DNA of 64,000 bases, from IMG/VR virus record IMGVR_UViG_3300046786_000613; one strand, written 5' to 3'. Source of the DNA: an uncultured virus (IMG/VR IMGVR_UViG_3300046786_000613) (lineage: Duplodnaviria; Heunggongvirae; Uroviricota; Caudoviricetes). This document shows, piece after piece, positions 9,314 through 18,704 of the stretch (position 1 is its first letter; every line of letters begins with the position of its first letter). A model generated the notes under the pieces. It had not been told where the DNA came from and ran no database searches. It saw only the letters and a list, made by a program, of their open reading frames with translations. A program made the translations under genes and the position numbers.

Positions 9314-9344
9314 TTTAGACATACTTTAGACATTTTTTAGACAT
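9314..9344. repeat. Three TTTAGACAT direct repeats at 11-bp period
   Basis: Copies at 9314, 9325, 9336. Confidence 0.85.
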
Positions 9345-9996
9345 CTCCAAAGTATTTTTCCTTAATGTCATCCTTTAATAGAAGTGCGCTAACTATCTGT
9401 AAACCAAACTCATTGTCAGATGGATAGTGAACACCTAAAATTACTCGTGAATCAGATATTTGTTTGGCTAATTTCATCAACTCATCTTTTTTGTCTTCAT
9501 AGTGAAAAGCAATGACACTTAAAATAAACAATGCTTGAACTGCGTGACCCGAAGGATATGAAGGTGAATTTGCGGAAACCGAACTATATGGGTGTAGGTT
9601 TTGATTAGTGTAAAACGCCAATTGGTATGGTCTTGGTCGTTGGTAGTGGCTTTTAAGTTGAACAATCAAAGCACCGATGTCTTCAGACATAGAATAAATG
9701 AAATCAAGGTATTCTTGGTCGTATGGTATGTTCAATCTTTTAAGGCTAACTTCAAAAGCATTGAATATATCTTCATCCCATAAGAGGCAGAATTGTTTTA
9801 CGGCATCCCAATTGCCAATTTTTTCTGCGTTCTGCTGAATTTCGATTATTTTTCTTACCTCTTCAGCACTTTCCGCATAGTTAGGGTAATCATCAAAAGT
9901 AAAATCACCTACATATTTAGTGAAGATGTTTTCTACCTGCATTTTTGCCTGTAGTTCTTTTGTAAGGTTTCCGTATTGTAATTCCATCTGTTTCAA
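9337..9996 (-). CDS. PAP2/haloperoxidase-superfamily phosphatase
   Basis: KxxxxRPRP, PSYPSGH and SRxxxGVHYPSD motifs. Confidence 0.85.
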   Translation of the reverse strand: MKQMELQYGNLTKELQAKMQVENIFTKYVGDFTFDDYPNYAESAEEVRKIIEIQQNAEKIGNWDAVKQFCLLWDEDIFNAFEVSLKRLNIPYDQEYLDFIYSMSEDIGALIVQLKSHYQRPRPYQLAFYTNQNLHPYSSVSANSPSYPSGHAVQALFILSVIAFHYEDKKDELMKLAKQISDSRVILGVHYPSDNEFGLQIVSALLLKDDIKEKYFGDV

Positions 9997-10013
9997 TTAT
10001 TTGTCGCTAAATT

Positions 10014-10055
10014 AAAAAAAAAGAGGTAGACGCTTGGCGACCACCTCTATTTTTT
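10014..10055. terminator. Bidirectional intrinsic terminator
   Basis: A-run, AGAGGTAGACG-loop-CGACCACCTCT, T-run. Confidence 0.7.
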
Positions 10056-10131
10056 GCTTGGAGAATGATGTTTACCATTATGAAGGATTGAAACAAACGA
10101 AAAGCGATAATCACCCCCCTCGCACCATAAC
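10014..10131 (-). ncRNA. Candidate ~115-nt small RNA
   Basis: Minus-strand TATATTTG at 10136-10143, terminator at 10014-10055, only tiny ORFs between. Confidence 0.4.
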
Positions 10132-10135
10132 AAGA

Positions 10136-10143
10136 CAAATATA
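10136..10143 (-). promoter_or_regulatory. Bacteroidota -7 promoter element (TATATTTG)
   Basis: Exact TAnnTTTG match. Confidence 0.55.
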
Positions 10144-10257
10144 TAGAAAAAAGATGAATAAAGATGAATTAATCAAAGTAAAGCAAAGTAAAATAAACGA
10201 ATGAATGGGAAAACAAAAATTATTTGTAAATATATTAGATAACACAAAAATTATTTG

Positions 10258-10265
10258 TAGATTTG
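10258..10265 (+). promoter_or_regulatory. Bacteroidota -7 promoter element (TAGATTTG)
   Basis: Exact match ~32 nt before the first gene of the + operon. Confidence 0.65.
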
Positions 10266-10297
10266 AAATGTGATATTGTAAAATTAAAAACAAGCCT

Positions 10298-10522
10298 ATG
10301 GAAAACAATGATTTCATTTGCGATGAATGCGGAGCAAAGTTTTCCGTTGGAAAAGGGTTTCTTGGTAGTTTGAATGACTTTGAATTTGTTATGTCATATA
10401 GAAACGAAAAGATTGATGACTTTGAATGTAGTCCTTTTATGAATTATGTTCAGTTATGCGATAATTGTTACTCAAAACGATTGAATGAAGGCGATGGAAG
10501 AAAAGATAAAGCGATACACTAA
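10298..10522 (+). CDS. Small zinc-finger protein
   Basis: CDEC...CDNC. Confidence 0.6.
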   Translation: MENNDFICDECGAKFSVGKGFLGSLNDFEFVMSYRNEKIDDFECSPFMNYVQLCDNCYSKRLNEGDGRKDKAIH

Positions 10523-10784
10523 AAGTGATTTGACCTGCATTGTGTCTGTTTACTTAGATAAGGAGTATAAGTATGACAGATTTGAAGATATTCCAAAAAA
10601 TTCAGAAGGGATTACGCATCACGAATTTGAAGATTTTGGATATGCAGATGAGTATTGCAAGATTCTGATGGAAATGAATAACGAATTTATGGGAAGATTT
10701 CTTTACGATGTCAAGTATTTACCAATACAATCAAGTGAAAACTTCACTAACAAACTTGAGTTTTACCAATTAAATATGAACTAA
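10485..10784 (+). CDS. Hypothetical protein
   Basis: Operonic ORF. Confidence 0.55.
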   Translation: MKAMEEKIKRYTKSDLTCIVSVYLDKEYKYDRFEDIPKNSEGITHHEFEDFGYADEYCKILMEMNNEFMGRFLYDVKYLPIQSSENFTNKLEFYQLNMN

Positions 10785-11074
10785 TGAGCGAAGGAAAATT
10801 TATCCTATTGTATGTGAGTCCCGAAGACTCCAAAGAAATGATTAAGCACGTTCTTGATGATACAGGAATGGAGAGAGGTGTATTCTTAAAGAGCGACTTA
10901 TCCAATAAGATAGTTGAGCAATTTGATTACTTGAAAGACAGAGGCTATTTCCCAAATGCAATGATTTTATCAAAAGGAAATGACCTTGTTGAATTTGCTT
11001 TCAGACGACATCCGAACCAAGACCCTTCAAAAAAATTACCCGAATTTGTTAATGAAGACAAAAACCAATTATGA
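10784..11074 (+). CDS. Hypothetical protein
   Basis: TAATG coupling. Confidence 0.6.
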   Translation: MSEGKFILLYVSPEDSKEMIKHVLDDTGMERGVFLKSDLSNKIVEQFDYLKDRGYFPNAMILSKGNDLVEFAFRRHPNQDPSKKLPEFVNEDKNQL

Positions 11075-11382
11075 GTGAAAAAAAGATTAGAGTAGCCACA
11101 AAAAAGATGATGGCTTACCCCAAAGACGAGCAGTATGAAGATAATTACGAATTGCACAGATGTCTTCATTGTAAACAAGAATATCTTTCTCAAGGAATTA
11201 TCGAAGAGGAATATGATTTTTGCCCTTTACATACTGAATTTAAGCATTGTGTAATGTGCGGAATAACACAAGACCCATCTGAAATGACTGAAGATGAGGA
11301 AAATGAATGGTATTGCACGGATTGTTTTGTGCCAAGAGATTCACAAACTGAAATTTGGAAAGATAATATTGATGAATATTAA
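11071..11382 (+). CDS. Zinc-finger protein
   Basis: CLHC, CPLH, CVMC, CTDC. Confidence 0.65.
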   Translation: MSEKKIRVATKKMMAYPKDEQYEDNYELHRCLHCKQEYLSQGIIEEEYDFCPLHTEFKHCVMCGITQDPSEMTEDEENEWYCTDCFVPRDSQTEIWKDNIDEY

Positions 11383-11602
11383 TGAAAGATAGTTATGAAA
11401 AAGAAAGATTTATATGAAAGAATGCTTCATTTTTTAGCAGGTATTGCCGTAGGATATTTCATTTTTAAGTATATGCTATGACGTTCAGAGAATTTTTATA
11501 CAACCTATGGATTTGGGTACTTTATGTGGTAATCATATTTGCCATTATTGCAATACTCAAAGAGTTGACTTGTTATCCATATTTACCCGAAAAGAAATAG
11601 AT

Positions 11603-11806
11603 ATGGAGCAACAAAAACCGACACAGGAATTAACCCCGATGCAGGAGTTTATCCAACATTTAAAAAGCAACTTTGGCTATATATCAATTGACGATAGCAT
11701 TTGGCTCAATAAAGAGAAAAGCAAAATTGTCACCGCCTACAATGAAGGAGTAGAAGATGGTGGCTTTTTCGGTAACGGAAGCGATTATTTTGAGCGAAAT
11801 TTTTAA
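11603..11806 (+). CDS. Small phage protein
   Basis: Likely start MEQQKP; TPMQEFI...KEKSKIVTAYNEG...DYFERNF. Confidence 0.55.
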   Translation: MEQQKPTQELTPMQEFIQHLKSNFGYISIDDSIWLNKEKSKIVTAYNEGVEDGGFFGNGSDYFERNF

Positions 11807-11834
11807 TTAGTAACCCCTTAAACACCATAACAAA

Positions 11835-12788
11835 ATGAACACTTTTAACTTAATCAATGCAATTGCTTTATTAGCGTGTATCTTAACACCTGCTTATGTT
11901 TTATACTTCTTGAAGTATCACATTAAACAAGAACAAAAGCATCAGAAAAAAATGATAGATGTGCTTGATGCCCAACTTTGTGACCATTCGATAGTTATAA
12001 ACAAAATACAAACCGATAGTTTGGATGATTTTGAAAAAAGACAACAACAATTAAAAGAAATCAATCACAACATTGAAAGGAATGATGTCAAGTTTAAAAT
12101 GTTCAAATCTGTTGCAGAGAACAACTTTGATAACATCAATGTGCAACAGGATTATTTCAGAAGAACATTGGATAAAGAGGTTTCAAGTATTCACGATGCG
12201 TTAGACTTAATTGTAGCATCTCACGATTCTTTGGAACACAAAACTTCTGAAAGCATAAAAAAATTGAATAGCGAAGTTGATTCCCTTCAAAGTTTGAACA
12301 TTACTACTCAAAATATCTTGAAAAGAATTAACTCAAAAGAGTTTACAACCGAACTTGTTCGTCAATGGTTGATTACTTTGAATCAAGAGAAAAAAGAGAA
12401 AGAGGAGCGAGATGCTAAAAGGTCTAAATTAGGTAGACCAAAGAAGCAAAAGATTGAAGAGCAGGAGCAGGAGCAGGAGGTAAAAGAAACGAAGCCTACC
12501 GAAGCAATTGTTAGCGATGTTGTAAACATTATGAAAGACAACGAGCAAAAGGTAGTTAAATTAAAAACACCTAAAGCAGAGTCTAAAAGAATAATAAGAA
12601 GTCGTGAACTTGAAGCATTTTTTAAAGAAAACACAAAATTAACTTACAGAGGATTTGTCATCAAGTATGGTGAAGAAGCCTTTAAAAGAGAAAGAAATTT
12701 GGTTTACAAGCGACTTTATTACATGAAGTTTCAAAAAAAAACAACCGAATCTGAAAAAGAATTATCAATAAATAAAACAGATAAATAA
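11835..12788 (+). CDS. Membrane-anchored coiled-coil protein with AT-hook
   Basis: N-terminal TM, long coiled coil, KLGRPKK. Confidence 0.6.
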   Translation: MNTFNLINAIALLACILTPAYVLYFLKYHIKQEQKHQKKMIDVLDAQLCDHSIVINKIQTDSLDDFEKRQQQLKEINHNIERNDVKFKMFKSVAENNFDNINVQQDYFRRTLDKEVSSIHDALDLIVASHDSLEHKTSESIKKLNSEVDSLQSLNITTQNILKRINSKEFTTELVRQWLITLNQEKKEKEERDAKRSKLGRPKKQKIEEQEQEQEVKETKPTEAIVSDVVNIMKDNEQKVVKLKTPKAESKRIIRSRELEAFFKENTKLTYRGFVIKYGEEAFKRERNLVYKRLYYMKFQKKTTESEKELSINKTDK

Positions 12789-12789
12789 T

Positions 12790-13041
12790 ATGTATCACAT
12801 CAAACCTTACCTCCGACAGAGAGGATTTAACCTATCCGCATTAGCCAAAACATTGGGGATGAGTTTTCAACGATTTGACCACCATATCAAACCGAAAGAA
12901 GACCTTTCTTTGAACTTCATTAACGATTTAGCAGGGGCAGTAGATATTCCTGTTGATGAGTTGATTTCAGAGATTAAAGTTGAACCAAAATATACGGCAA
13001 AATCAACCGAACTTAAAAAGACAACCGAACCTGCAAATTAA
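12790..13041 (+). CDS. XRE/Cro-type HTH regulator
   Basis: LRQRGFNLSALAKTLGMSFQRF...LAGAVDIPVDELI. Confidence 0.75.
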   Translation: MYHIKPYLRQRGFNLSALAKTLGMSFQRFDHHIKPKEDLSLNFINDLAGAVDIPVDELISEIKVEPKYTAKSTELKKTTEPAN

Positions 13042-13046
13042 TTAGT

Positions 13047-13454
13047 ATGCAACAGGAAAGTGTAGAATACAAGGAGTATAGTTCAAAGTTTAGTCAATCC
13101 TACGAATTGTCTATGAAGGACACTTTGAGGGAAATAAAGAACTTCTGTGTTCAAATGGCAACGGGTTATTCAATCATTTACCTTGAACAAACAGATTCAA
13201 TACCTCTAATCAAAGCAGTTGTTTATTCGCCTACATCCGACACCTACTATGTGCATAGTAATGATTACAAATTCATTAATTACCTTTTGCCAAGACTTCA
13301 AAAGTTCTTTTTAATGCCTCAATTTGAATTTGAGAAGTTCAAAATAAATTTGGACACCATAGATAATGAAAACTTTAGCATTGAAGTACATATCAATGAT
13401 GAGTCTACTATCTTCAACAACTCTTTTTTTCGATTACAATCAACATCTATTTAA
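13047..13454 (+). CDS. Hypothetical protein
   Basis: Operonic ORF. Confidence 0.55.
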   Translation: MQQESVEYKEYSSKFSQSYELSMKDTLREIKNFCVQMATGYSIIYLEQTDSIPLIKAVVYSPTSDTYYVHSNDYKFINYLLPRLQKFFLMPQFEFEKFKINLDTIDNENFSIEVHINDESTIFNNSFFRLQSTSI

Positions 13455-13679
13455 TATGTTATTAAGAAAAATAATTGCAACAATTTTGGGTATAATAGAA
13501 TTTGTTTTTGGAGTTACACTTCTAATCTTTTGGTCACTTGCATATCCCTTGCTACGACTACGTTATGAGAAAACCAAACAATTCAAACATTTGCCTTCAC
13601 TTGTAATTTTTAAAGCGTTTGTTTGGTCGGGTAACTTGTTTAAGTTTGATTATTTTAAAAAATAATTTATCATAAATTG

Positions 13680-13710
13680 TTTGTGGTATTACAAATTATT
13701 TTTACATTTG
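13680..13710 (+). promoter_or_regulatory. Full Bacteroidota sigma-A promoter
   Basis: TTTG (13680-83), N19, TACATTTG (13703-10). Confidence 0.75.
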
Positions 13711-13739
13711 AACAACCAACCATAACAAACACAACCAAT

Positions 13740-14141
13740 ATGAAACCTAAAGTAAAGACTTGGCTCAAGCAACTCAACGAAGGAGTAATCAAGAGCAAAA
13801 CAACTCGTATCATTTTCGAGATTCATAAGCATACCTACAAAGGAAAGGGTTATACAACCATTGAGGAGTTGCGAAAAGAACTGAATATGGCACACCAAAC
13901 ACTTACGGCAATAGTATCAAGCATTCAAGATGAAGGATTGATTGTTACCTATGGAGAAGTCGTAAATGAGCAAGGGTCTGCTTTTCAACAGATTCGATAT
14001 GCAAGACCCGAAGAAAGAGATGATTTGGTTCGGGCAAGACGAATGGAAAAGTTGTCACAATGGATAAAAAGAGGTCAAGAAGAATTTAACGACCTTTTAC
14101 CATACTCAATGATAAACGAACTTAATAACCTTACGATATGA
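13740..14141 (+). CDS. Winged-HTH DNA-binding protein
   Basis: TIEELRKELNMAHQTLTAIVSSIQDEGLI; start at MKPK downstream of the promoter. Confidence 0.65.
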   Translation: MKPKVKTWLKQLNEGVIKSKTTRIIFEIHKHTYKGKGYTTIEELRKELNMAHQTLTAIVSSIQDEGLIVTYGEVVNEQGSAFQQIRYARPEERDDLVRARRMEKLSQWIKRGQEEFNDLLPYSMINELNNLTI

Positions 14142-14273
14142 GCAGAAATCGCCATAAAAACAAAAGCAACAACTATCCCAAACCAATAAAGAAGTTGATT
14201 GATGGGTCTTCCTATTCCCCGAACTCTATTGGGGGTAGGATAGACCTTCAAGCGTTAAGAGATAAATTGTTTT

Positions 14274-15191
14274 GTGAAGAAATTAATGACTCAAACCATA
14301 ACACCGATGCAAAAGATTCCGAAAAAAGCATACAAGGAAAAGGAAAAGCGTAACGAACTTAAAAAGGCTCAAAGCACACTTGACCTTAACAATATAACTC
14401 CGAAAATTTCTCAATCACTTGTAATTGACCTGTTTAAATACAAACTTAAAGAGGAATGCGGTCTTCGTGTTGAGGCTAAATATGTAACAAAAAGCGTGGT
14501 TTTCCCTGCATCCGAAACTCAAGAATTGGACAATTACTTTAAGTTCAAATGCACAGGGCAACTTCCTTTAGATGGAAAAGTACCTCATCCTATTTTAACA
14601 AAGACAGGTAAACTTTCTGTTGATTACCAACGTATTGATGCTCAATATGATAATTATCACAGAATTTTGGCTCGGTTGAATTTATCTGTGGAGAAAACAG
14701 GGTTTAGTTTTACCAATAAAAAGTATAGTGGAACTATAGATGTTTTGGCTCACGATAATAACATCAAATCAAAAGATGTGATGAAAAAAAGGGTAATTAT
14801 AGACATTAACACATCTGCCATCATAAATGATAGATACAACCCATTAGGATGGGCAAATGACTCAATTGAAAAGAAAGACGAGTTGATGTTTAAAGCCATT
14901 CATTACAAGTTGTTGGCAAAATATGAATGGGGAATAGATGATATTCCATTTTACTTTATGGTATTCAGCAGTAAAAATGATTGGGAGTACAAAATTTTTA
15001 AAGTAAAAGTAGATGAATCTACACTTGAATATCACTACAACAACTTAGCAAAAATTAAGGAGTTCCTTGATGATGCTATGGCAAATGGGTGGAATGCTCA
15101 TCCCAATTACGTTCTTTGTAGGGAATGTCCATTATCAAATACTTGCAAACACTTTACAGATATACCAAAGGTGCAAGAAGTGTTTATTTAA
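14274..15191 (+). CDS. PD-(D/E)XK exonuclease (Cas4/RecE-like), RecT partner
   Basis: GTIDVL...IIDINTS, HY motif, C-terminal CRECPLSNTC; adjacent to recT. Confidence 0.7.
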   Translation: MKKLMTQTITPMQKIPKKAYKEKEKRNELKKAQSTLDLNNITPKISQSLVIDLFKYKLKEECGLRVEAKYVTKSVVFPASETQELDNYFKFKCTGQLPLDGKVPHPILTKTGKLSVDYQRIDAQYDNYHRILARLNLSVEKTGFSFTNKKYSGTIDVLAHDNNIKSKDVMKKRVIIDINTSAIINDRYNPLGWANDSIEKKDELMFKAIHYKLLAKYEWGIDDIPFYFMVFSSKNDWEYKIFKVKVDESTLEYHYNNLAKIKEFLDDAMANGWNAHPNYVLCRECPLSNTCKHFTDIPKVQEVFI

Positions 15192-15268
15192 ACAATTGTT
15201 TAAAACATTTGTGTAAAAAAATAAAAGCGAAAATTAATTCAAAAATAAATCAATAAAAACAAGTAAAA

Positions 15269-16324
15269 ATGAGTAATCCAACAACGTGGAAAGCATCTTT
15301 AAAAGAGGCACATTCAAAATTTAACGCTATCAATCCCGATAAAGCGACAAGCGAATTGGGGTTTGCTATGCAAATATTTCAAAACTCTGATGACCTCCAA
15401 AAGTGTGACCCACAGAGTATTTTAAATGCAGTTGTCAATGTTGCAAGAACAAGCGTTACATTGAATCCTGTAATGCGTTTAGCGTATCTTGTTCCAAGAA
15501 AAGGTAAATGCGTTCTTGACTTCAGTTATATGGGTCTTGTGGCAATGTTAAGGGACAATAATTGCATCAAGTCAATTTCTGCACATATAGTTTATGAAGA
15601 TGAAGAGTTTGACTACGATGTAGCATACAATAAAATCACCCATAAACCTCGTTTTGCAAAAACTGAAAAGGAGCATAAATCAAGAGAACGCATTGGGTGT
15701 TATTCTCGTGCTACTTTGCCAAATGGAGAGGTCGTATTCGAGTTTATGCCTATGTGGGAAATTGAAAAGGTAAAACGACTTTCAGCAGGAAGTAGTTCTA
15801 TGTTTTCTGCTTGGCAAACTTGGGAAGAAGAAATGATTAAAAAAGTTGTCATTAAACGACACTTCAAGATGCTAATAAGCGGAAACCCTTCAGAGGCTCT
15901 TGCAATGGCTTTGCAAATCGAAAATGAGAACAATGCGCTTATTGGTGGATTGGGAGTTCCTAACAACAATTTATCTTCGGGTAACAAACCTTCATTGATG
16001 AATGCTTTTGATTTTGGAGATGATAATTCTGAAGATGCTCAAGTTGTAGATGAAGAGCCTGTTAAAGAAAAAGCAAAAAAGAAAAAAGCAATTGATTACA
16101 CAGAAGAGGAAATAGAGTCTATGCTTGACCAAGAAATGAAAAAGGTGCAAGAAAATCCTGCAATGACTATTGAAGAAAATAAATCTGCTTTTGATTTATT
16201 TGGAGCAGGAGCAGGTGGTGAAAAAAAAGAACCACCGCATCAATACGCTCAAGATATGGACATTAATCCTCAACAATATCAAACAGACGAAAGTATGGAT
16301 TGGTTTCCAACTCCAAAAGAATAA
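15269..16324 (+). CDS. recT: RecT-family single-strand annealing protein
   Basis: LQKCDPQSI...LNPV..LAYLVPR...SYMGL...IVYEDEEF...EEMIKKVVIKR; acidic tail. Confidence 0.9.
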   Translation: MSNPTTWKASLKEAHSKFNAINPDKATSELGFAMQIFQNSDDLQKCDPQSILNAVVNVARTSVTLNPVMRLAYLVPRKGKCVLDFSYMGLVAMLRDNNCIKSISAHIVYEDEEFDYDVAYNKITHKPRFAKTEKEHKSRERIGCYSRATLPNGEVVFEFMPMWEIEKVKRLSAGSSSMFSAWQTWEEEMIKKVVIKRHFKMLISGNPSEALAMALQIENENNALIGGLGVPNNNLSSGNKPSLMNAFDFGDDNSEDAQVVDEEPVKEKAKKKKAIDYTEEEIESMLDQEMKKVQENPAMTIEENKSAFDLFGAGAGGEKKEPPHQYAQDMDINPQQYQTDESMDWFPTPKE

Positions 16325-16354
16325 CGAATAGTTTTCGCACTTGTTCTATTCGTT

Positions 16355-16382
16355 GACCCCTTCAGAAATGAGGGGGTTTTTT
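16355..16382 (+). terminator. Intrinsic terminator of recT operon
   Basis: GACCCCTTCA-GAAA-TGAGGGGGT followed by T-run. Confidence 0.8.
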
Positions 16383-16413
16383 GTAAACAATTTTGTTTAC
16401 TTTGATAAACAAC

Positions 16414-16440
16414 AAAGGGAGGCTAATAACCTCCCTTTTT
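16414..16440. terminator. Intrinsic terminator at end of late operon
   Basis: AAAGGGAGG-loop-CCTCCCTTT. Confidence 0.7.
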
Positions 16441-16508
16441 ATTTAGAATCCCCCGATATAACATTAAAACCAAATATATGAGCAAAGATTTGAAGTGGGG
16501 GATGAAAA

Positions 16509-17228
16509 TTAGAACATAGATTTAAGGTCTGTTGAAGCAACATCCATTGCACCATTCACACCTAACATTTTTTTGATGTAAGAACTTGTAGTTGAATTTA
16601 CGCTATCTGCAAGTTGTTTTGCATTTTGATGATTTCCTGTTCTTGCTTTTGAACCTGCATCACCATACGCACCTGCGTTGTATACTGAAATAATTCGGTC
16701 AAGACGAAGTTCTCCATCGCTATCATCTATTGCCCATTTTCTGCGAACTGCATTCACCATAGTAGATTTACCACCATCGTGGTAACTATCTGCATATTGA
16801 CCCAAAAGAATTGACCCGATTAGAATGTTTAATTCGGGTTTTACGGCATCTGCTTGAGTTATCGCACGGGTTTGACCTGCTGAATTAAATGTGATACCAT
16901 ATTTCGCCAAAATACTTTTTTCTTCGGGCGTTAAACGACCCATTTTGTATTCAGTTTCAAGAATGTTTTTGCCGTAGGTTCTGTTCCATTGCATAAGACC
17001 TTGTGTTGGACTTGATGCGCCTCCTGCGGTTGGATTACCGCCACTTTCAACTGCAATAAAAGATGCAATTACTTGAGCAGGAATATTTGAATTTTCAGAT
17101 GCTACTTTTATGTACGCACCATACTTTTCCATAATTTTTTTGACTTGACCTTTCACCGCTTCACGACTACCCCAAGATGATGGTGACGTTAAATTTGCTT
17201 TAGGTGCTTTAATTGTTAAAACAGGCAT
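16509..17228 (-). CDS. Lytic transglycosylase (SLT/GH23)
   Basis: IAVESGGNP...GLMQ...YNAG. Confidence 0.85.
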   Translation of the reverse strand: MPVLTIKAPKANLTSPSSWGSREAVKGQVKKIMEKYGAYIKVASENSNIPAQVIASFIAVESGGNPTAGGASSPTQGLMQWNRTYGKNILETEYKMGRLTPEEKSILAKYGITFNSAGQTRAITQADAVKPELNILIGSILLGQYADSYHDGGKSTMVNAVRRKWAIDDSDGELRLDRIISVYNAGAYGDAGSKARTGNHQNAKQLADSVNSTTSSYIKKMLGVNGAMDVASTDLKSMF

Positions 17229-17238
17229 ATCTTAAATT

Positions 17239-17436
17239 TTAAATTTCTGTTTGAGTTTCAGTTGAAGCATCTATATCATCCTCTGTAGGTGTGACATTTT
17301 TAGTTCCAATAATTCTGATTTTACGAGAGTTCTTCTCGGTACTTTGGGATGTTGTTCTGATTTTTCTATAAATCAAATAGCCAACGCCTAATAAAGCGAT
17401 GACACCTACTCCTACTAATATTTTATTTCTGTTCAT
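17239..17436 (-). CDS. Small membrane protein
   Basis: N-terminal TM followed by basic residues. Confidence 0.65.
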   Translation of the reverse strand: MNRNKILVGVGVIALLGVGYLIYRKIRTTSQSTEKNSRKIRIIGTKNVTPTEDDIDASTETQTEI

Positions 17437-17504
17437 TTCCTTTGTTTTTTACTTATACATAAAATTTATGTAAAATCATATCAAAAATATATATTTTACC
17501 TTAA

Positions 17505-18236
17505 TTATTTTGTTTTTTTACTAAAGAACTTATCGTAAACGAAAATTCCTGCGCCAACTAATATCAAACCAATCGAAGAAATTAGCAGGACTTTACCCAA
17601 CTTTCCCCCTTTATCGCCTCCACCAATAACACTATCGCTTGTTCCGTAAGCCTTTCTTAACTTTTTCAACGCATCTTGAACTACCTCTGTTTTAACTGAA
17701 GCAACATCCCCTCCACCTGCATAGTAAGATTGATTTTTACTGATTTGTTGTTTGTGTCCCTGCATAGCATAAGGAACACCAACACTTGACCATATTCTTG
17801 CAATATCTAAAGATGCTTTTTCTAAATTGGCTTTTGTATCATCAACTTGTTGCGTAAGATATTTTTTTGCGTTAGTTCTACCAAGTAATAACCCAATTCC
17901 TAATTGGTCTTGAGTTTTCTTGTCGTATTTTTGAGAATTAGGTATTTTAAGAGTTGTTACCTCACCTTTAAGAGTTGAAGGTATTATTTGATAACGACCT
18001 GTTGCCCACAATTGTCCATTGGAGTTGCGTGGCTTACTTTGAAAAGCCATAACTTCACCAATAGTGTATTCAGAAAGGTCTTTATTCAGTAAAGGGTATC
18101 TTTTTGAACTTCTTCCTTGAATATAACCCTTTAAACCCGAATTGGTGTACCAATTGTGGTCATTATAGGTAACAGATTCTCCTTTGAGTATCGTGTCAAA
18201 AAATTCTTTTGCGCTATTTGAACTAAAATCACTCAT
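17505..18236 (-). CDS. Lysozyme-fold muramidase with C-terminal membrane anchor
   Basis: GES..YN...ATGRYQIIPSTL...QD; C-terminal TM plus KK. Confidence 0.75.
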   Translation of the reverse strand: MSDFSSNSAKEFFDTILKGESVTYNDHNWYTNSGLKGYIQGRSSKRYPLLNKDLSEYTIGEVMAFQSKPRNSNGQLWATGRYQIIPSTLKGEVTTLKIPNSQKYDKKTQDQLGIGLLLGRTNAKKYLTQQVDDTKANLEKASLDIARIWSSVGVPYAMQGHKQQISKNQSYYAGGGDVASVKTEVVQDALKKLRKAYGTSDSVIGGGDKGGKLGKVLLISSIGLILVGAGIFVYDKFFSKKTK

Positions 18237-18703
18237 TATTTTCCTGCATATTCAAAGTGCATCCAATCGTAATTCTTTTCACGACCTAAAGAGATGAATC
18301 CGTGCTTGTAAAAACAATCAATCATTTCTTTGTATTCGGGTCTTGCAAAACGTGCGGTTTTGGATGTTTCTTTAAGTTTGTTTCTTGATGGGTCTAAATC
18401 TATGGCAATACCCCAAGCGTGTTTTGACCAAGATGAACCACCTCTCATTTTTCTGTACGCAAAACAACCCCCGTAGAGGTCAATTCCTAACTCAACAATA
18501 CGTTCATATCCGTAATGCTCTAAAATGTCATTAAATACGGCTAAAAGCGGTTCTGCTATGTCCTTATGACATCTTATTTGAGATACAGACTCATCCAAAT
18601 CCCAAGCAATACGCATTTCGTATGGTATTGCAATAGTTTTCAAGTAAGTTCCTTTTTCATTTGGCTTACCAAACTTGTCAATACATTGTTGAGTAGTTAG
18701 CAT
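18236..18703 (-). CDS. M15-family peptidoglycan endopeptidase (endolysin)
   Basis: [16 protein letters not shown]...DWMHFE. Confidence 0.9.
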   Translation of the reverse strand: MLTTQQCIDKFGKPNEKGTYLKTIAIPYEMRIAWDLDESVSQIRCHKDIAEPLLAVFNDILEHYGYERIVELGIDLYGGCFAYRKMRGGSSWSKHAWGIAIDLDPSRNKLKETSKTARFARPEYKEMIDCFYKHGFISLGREKNYDWMHFEYAGK

Positions 18704-18704
18704 A

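Noticed and set aside
14274..15191. Cas4 of a CRISPR-Cas locus
   Set aside because: No other cas genes or array; it lies next to recT, so it is a recombination exonuclease
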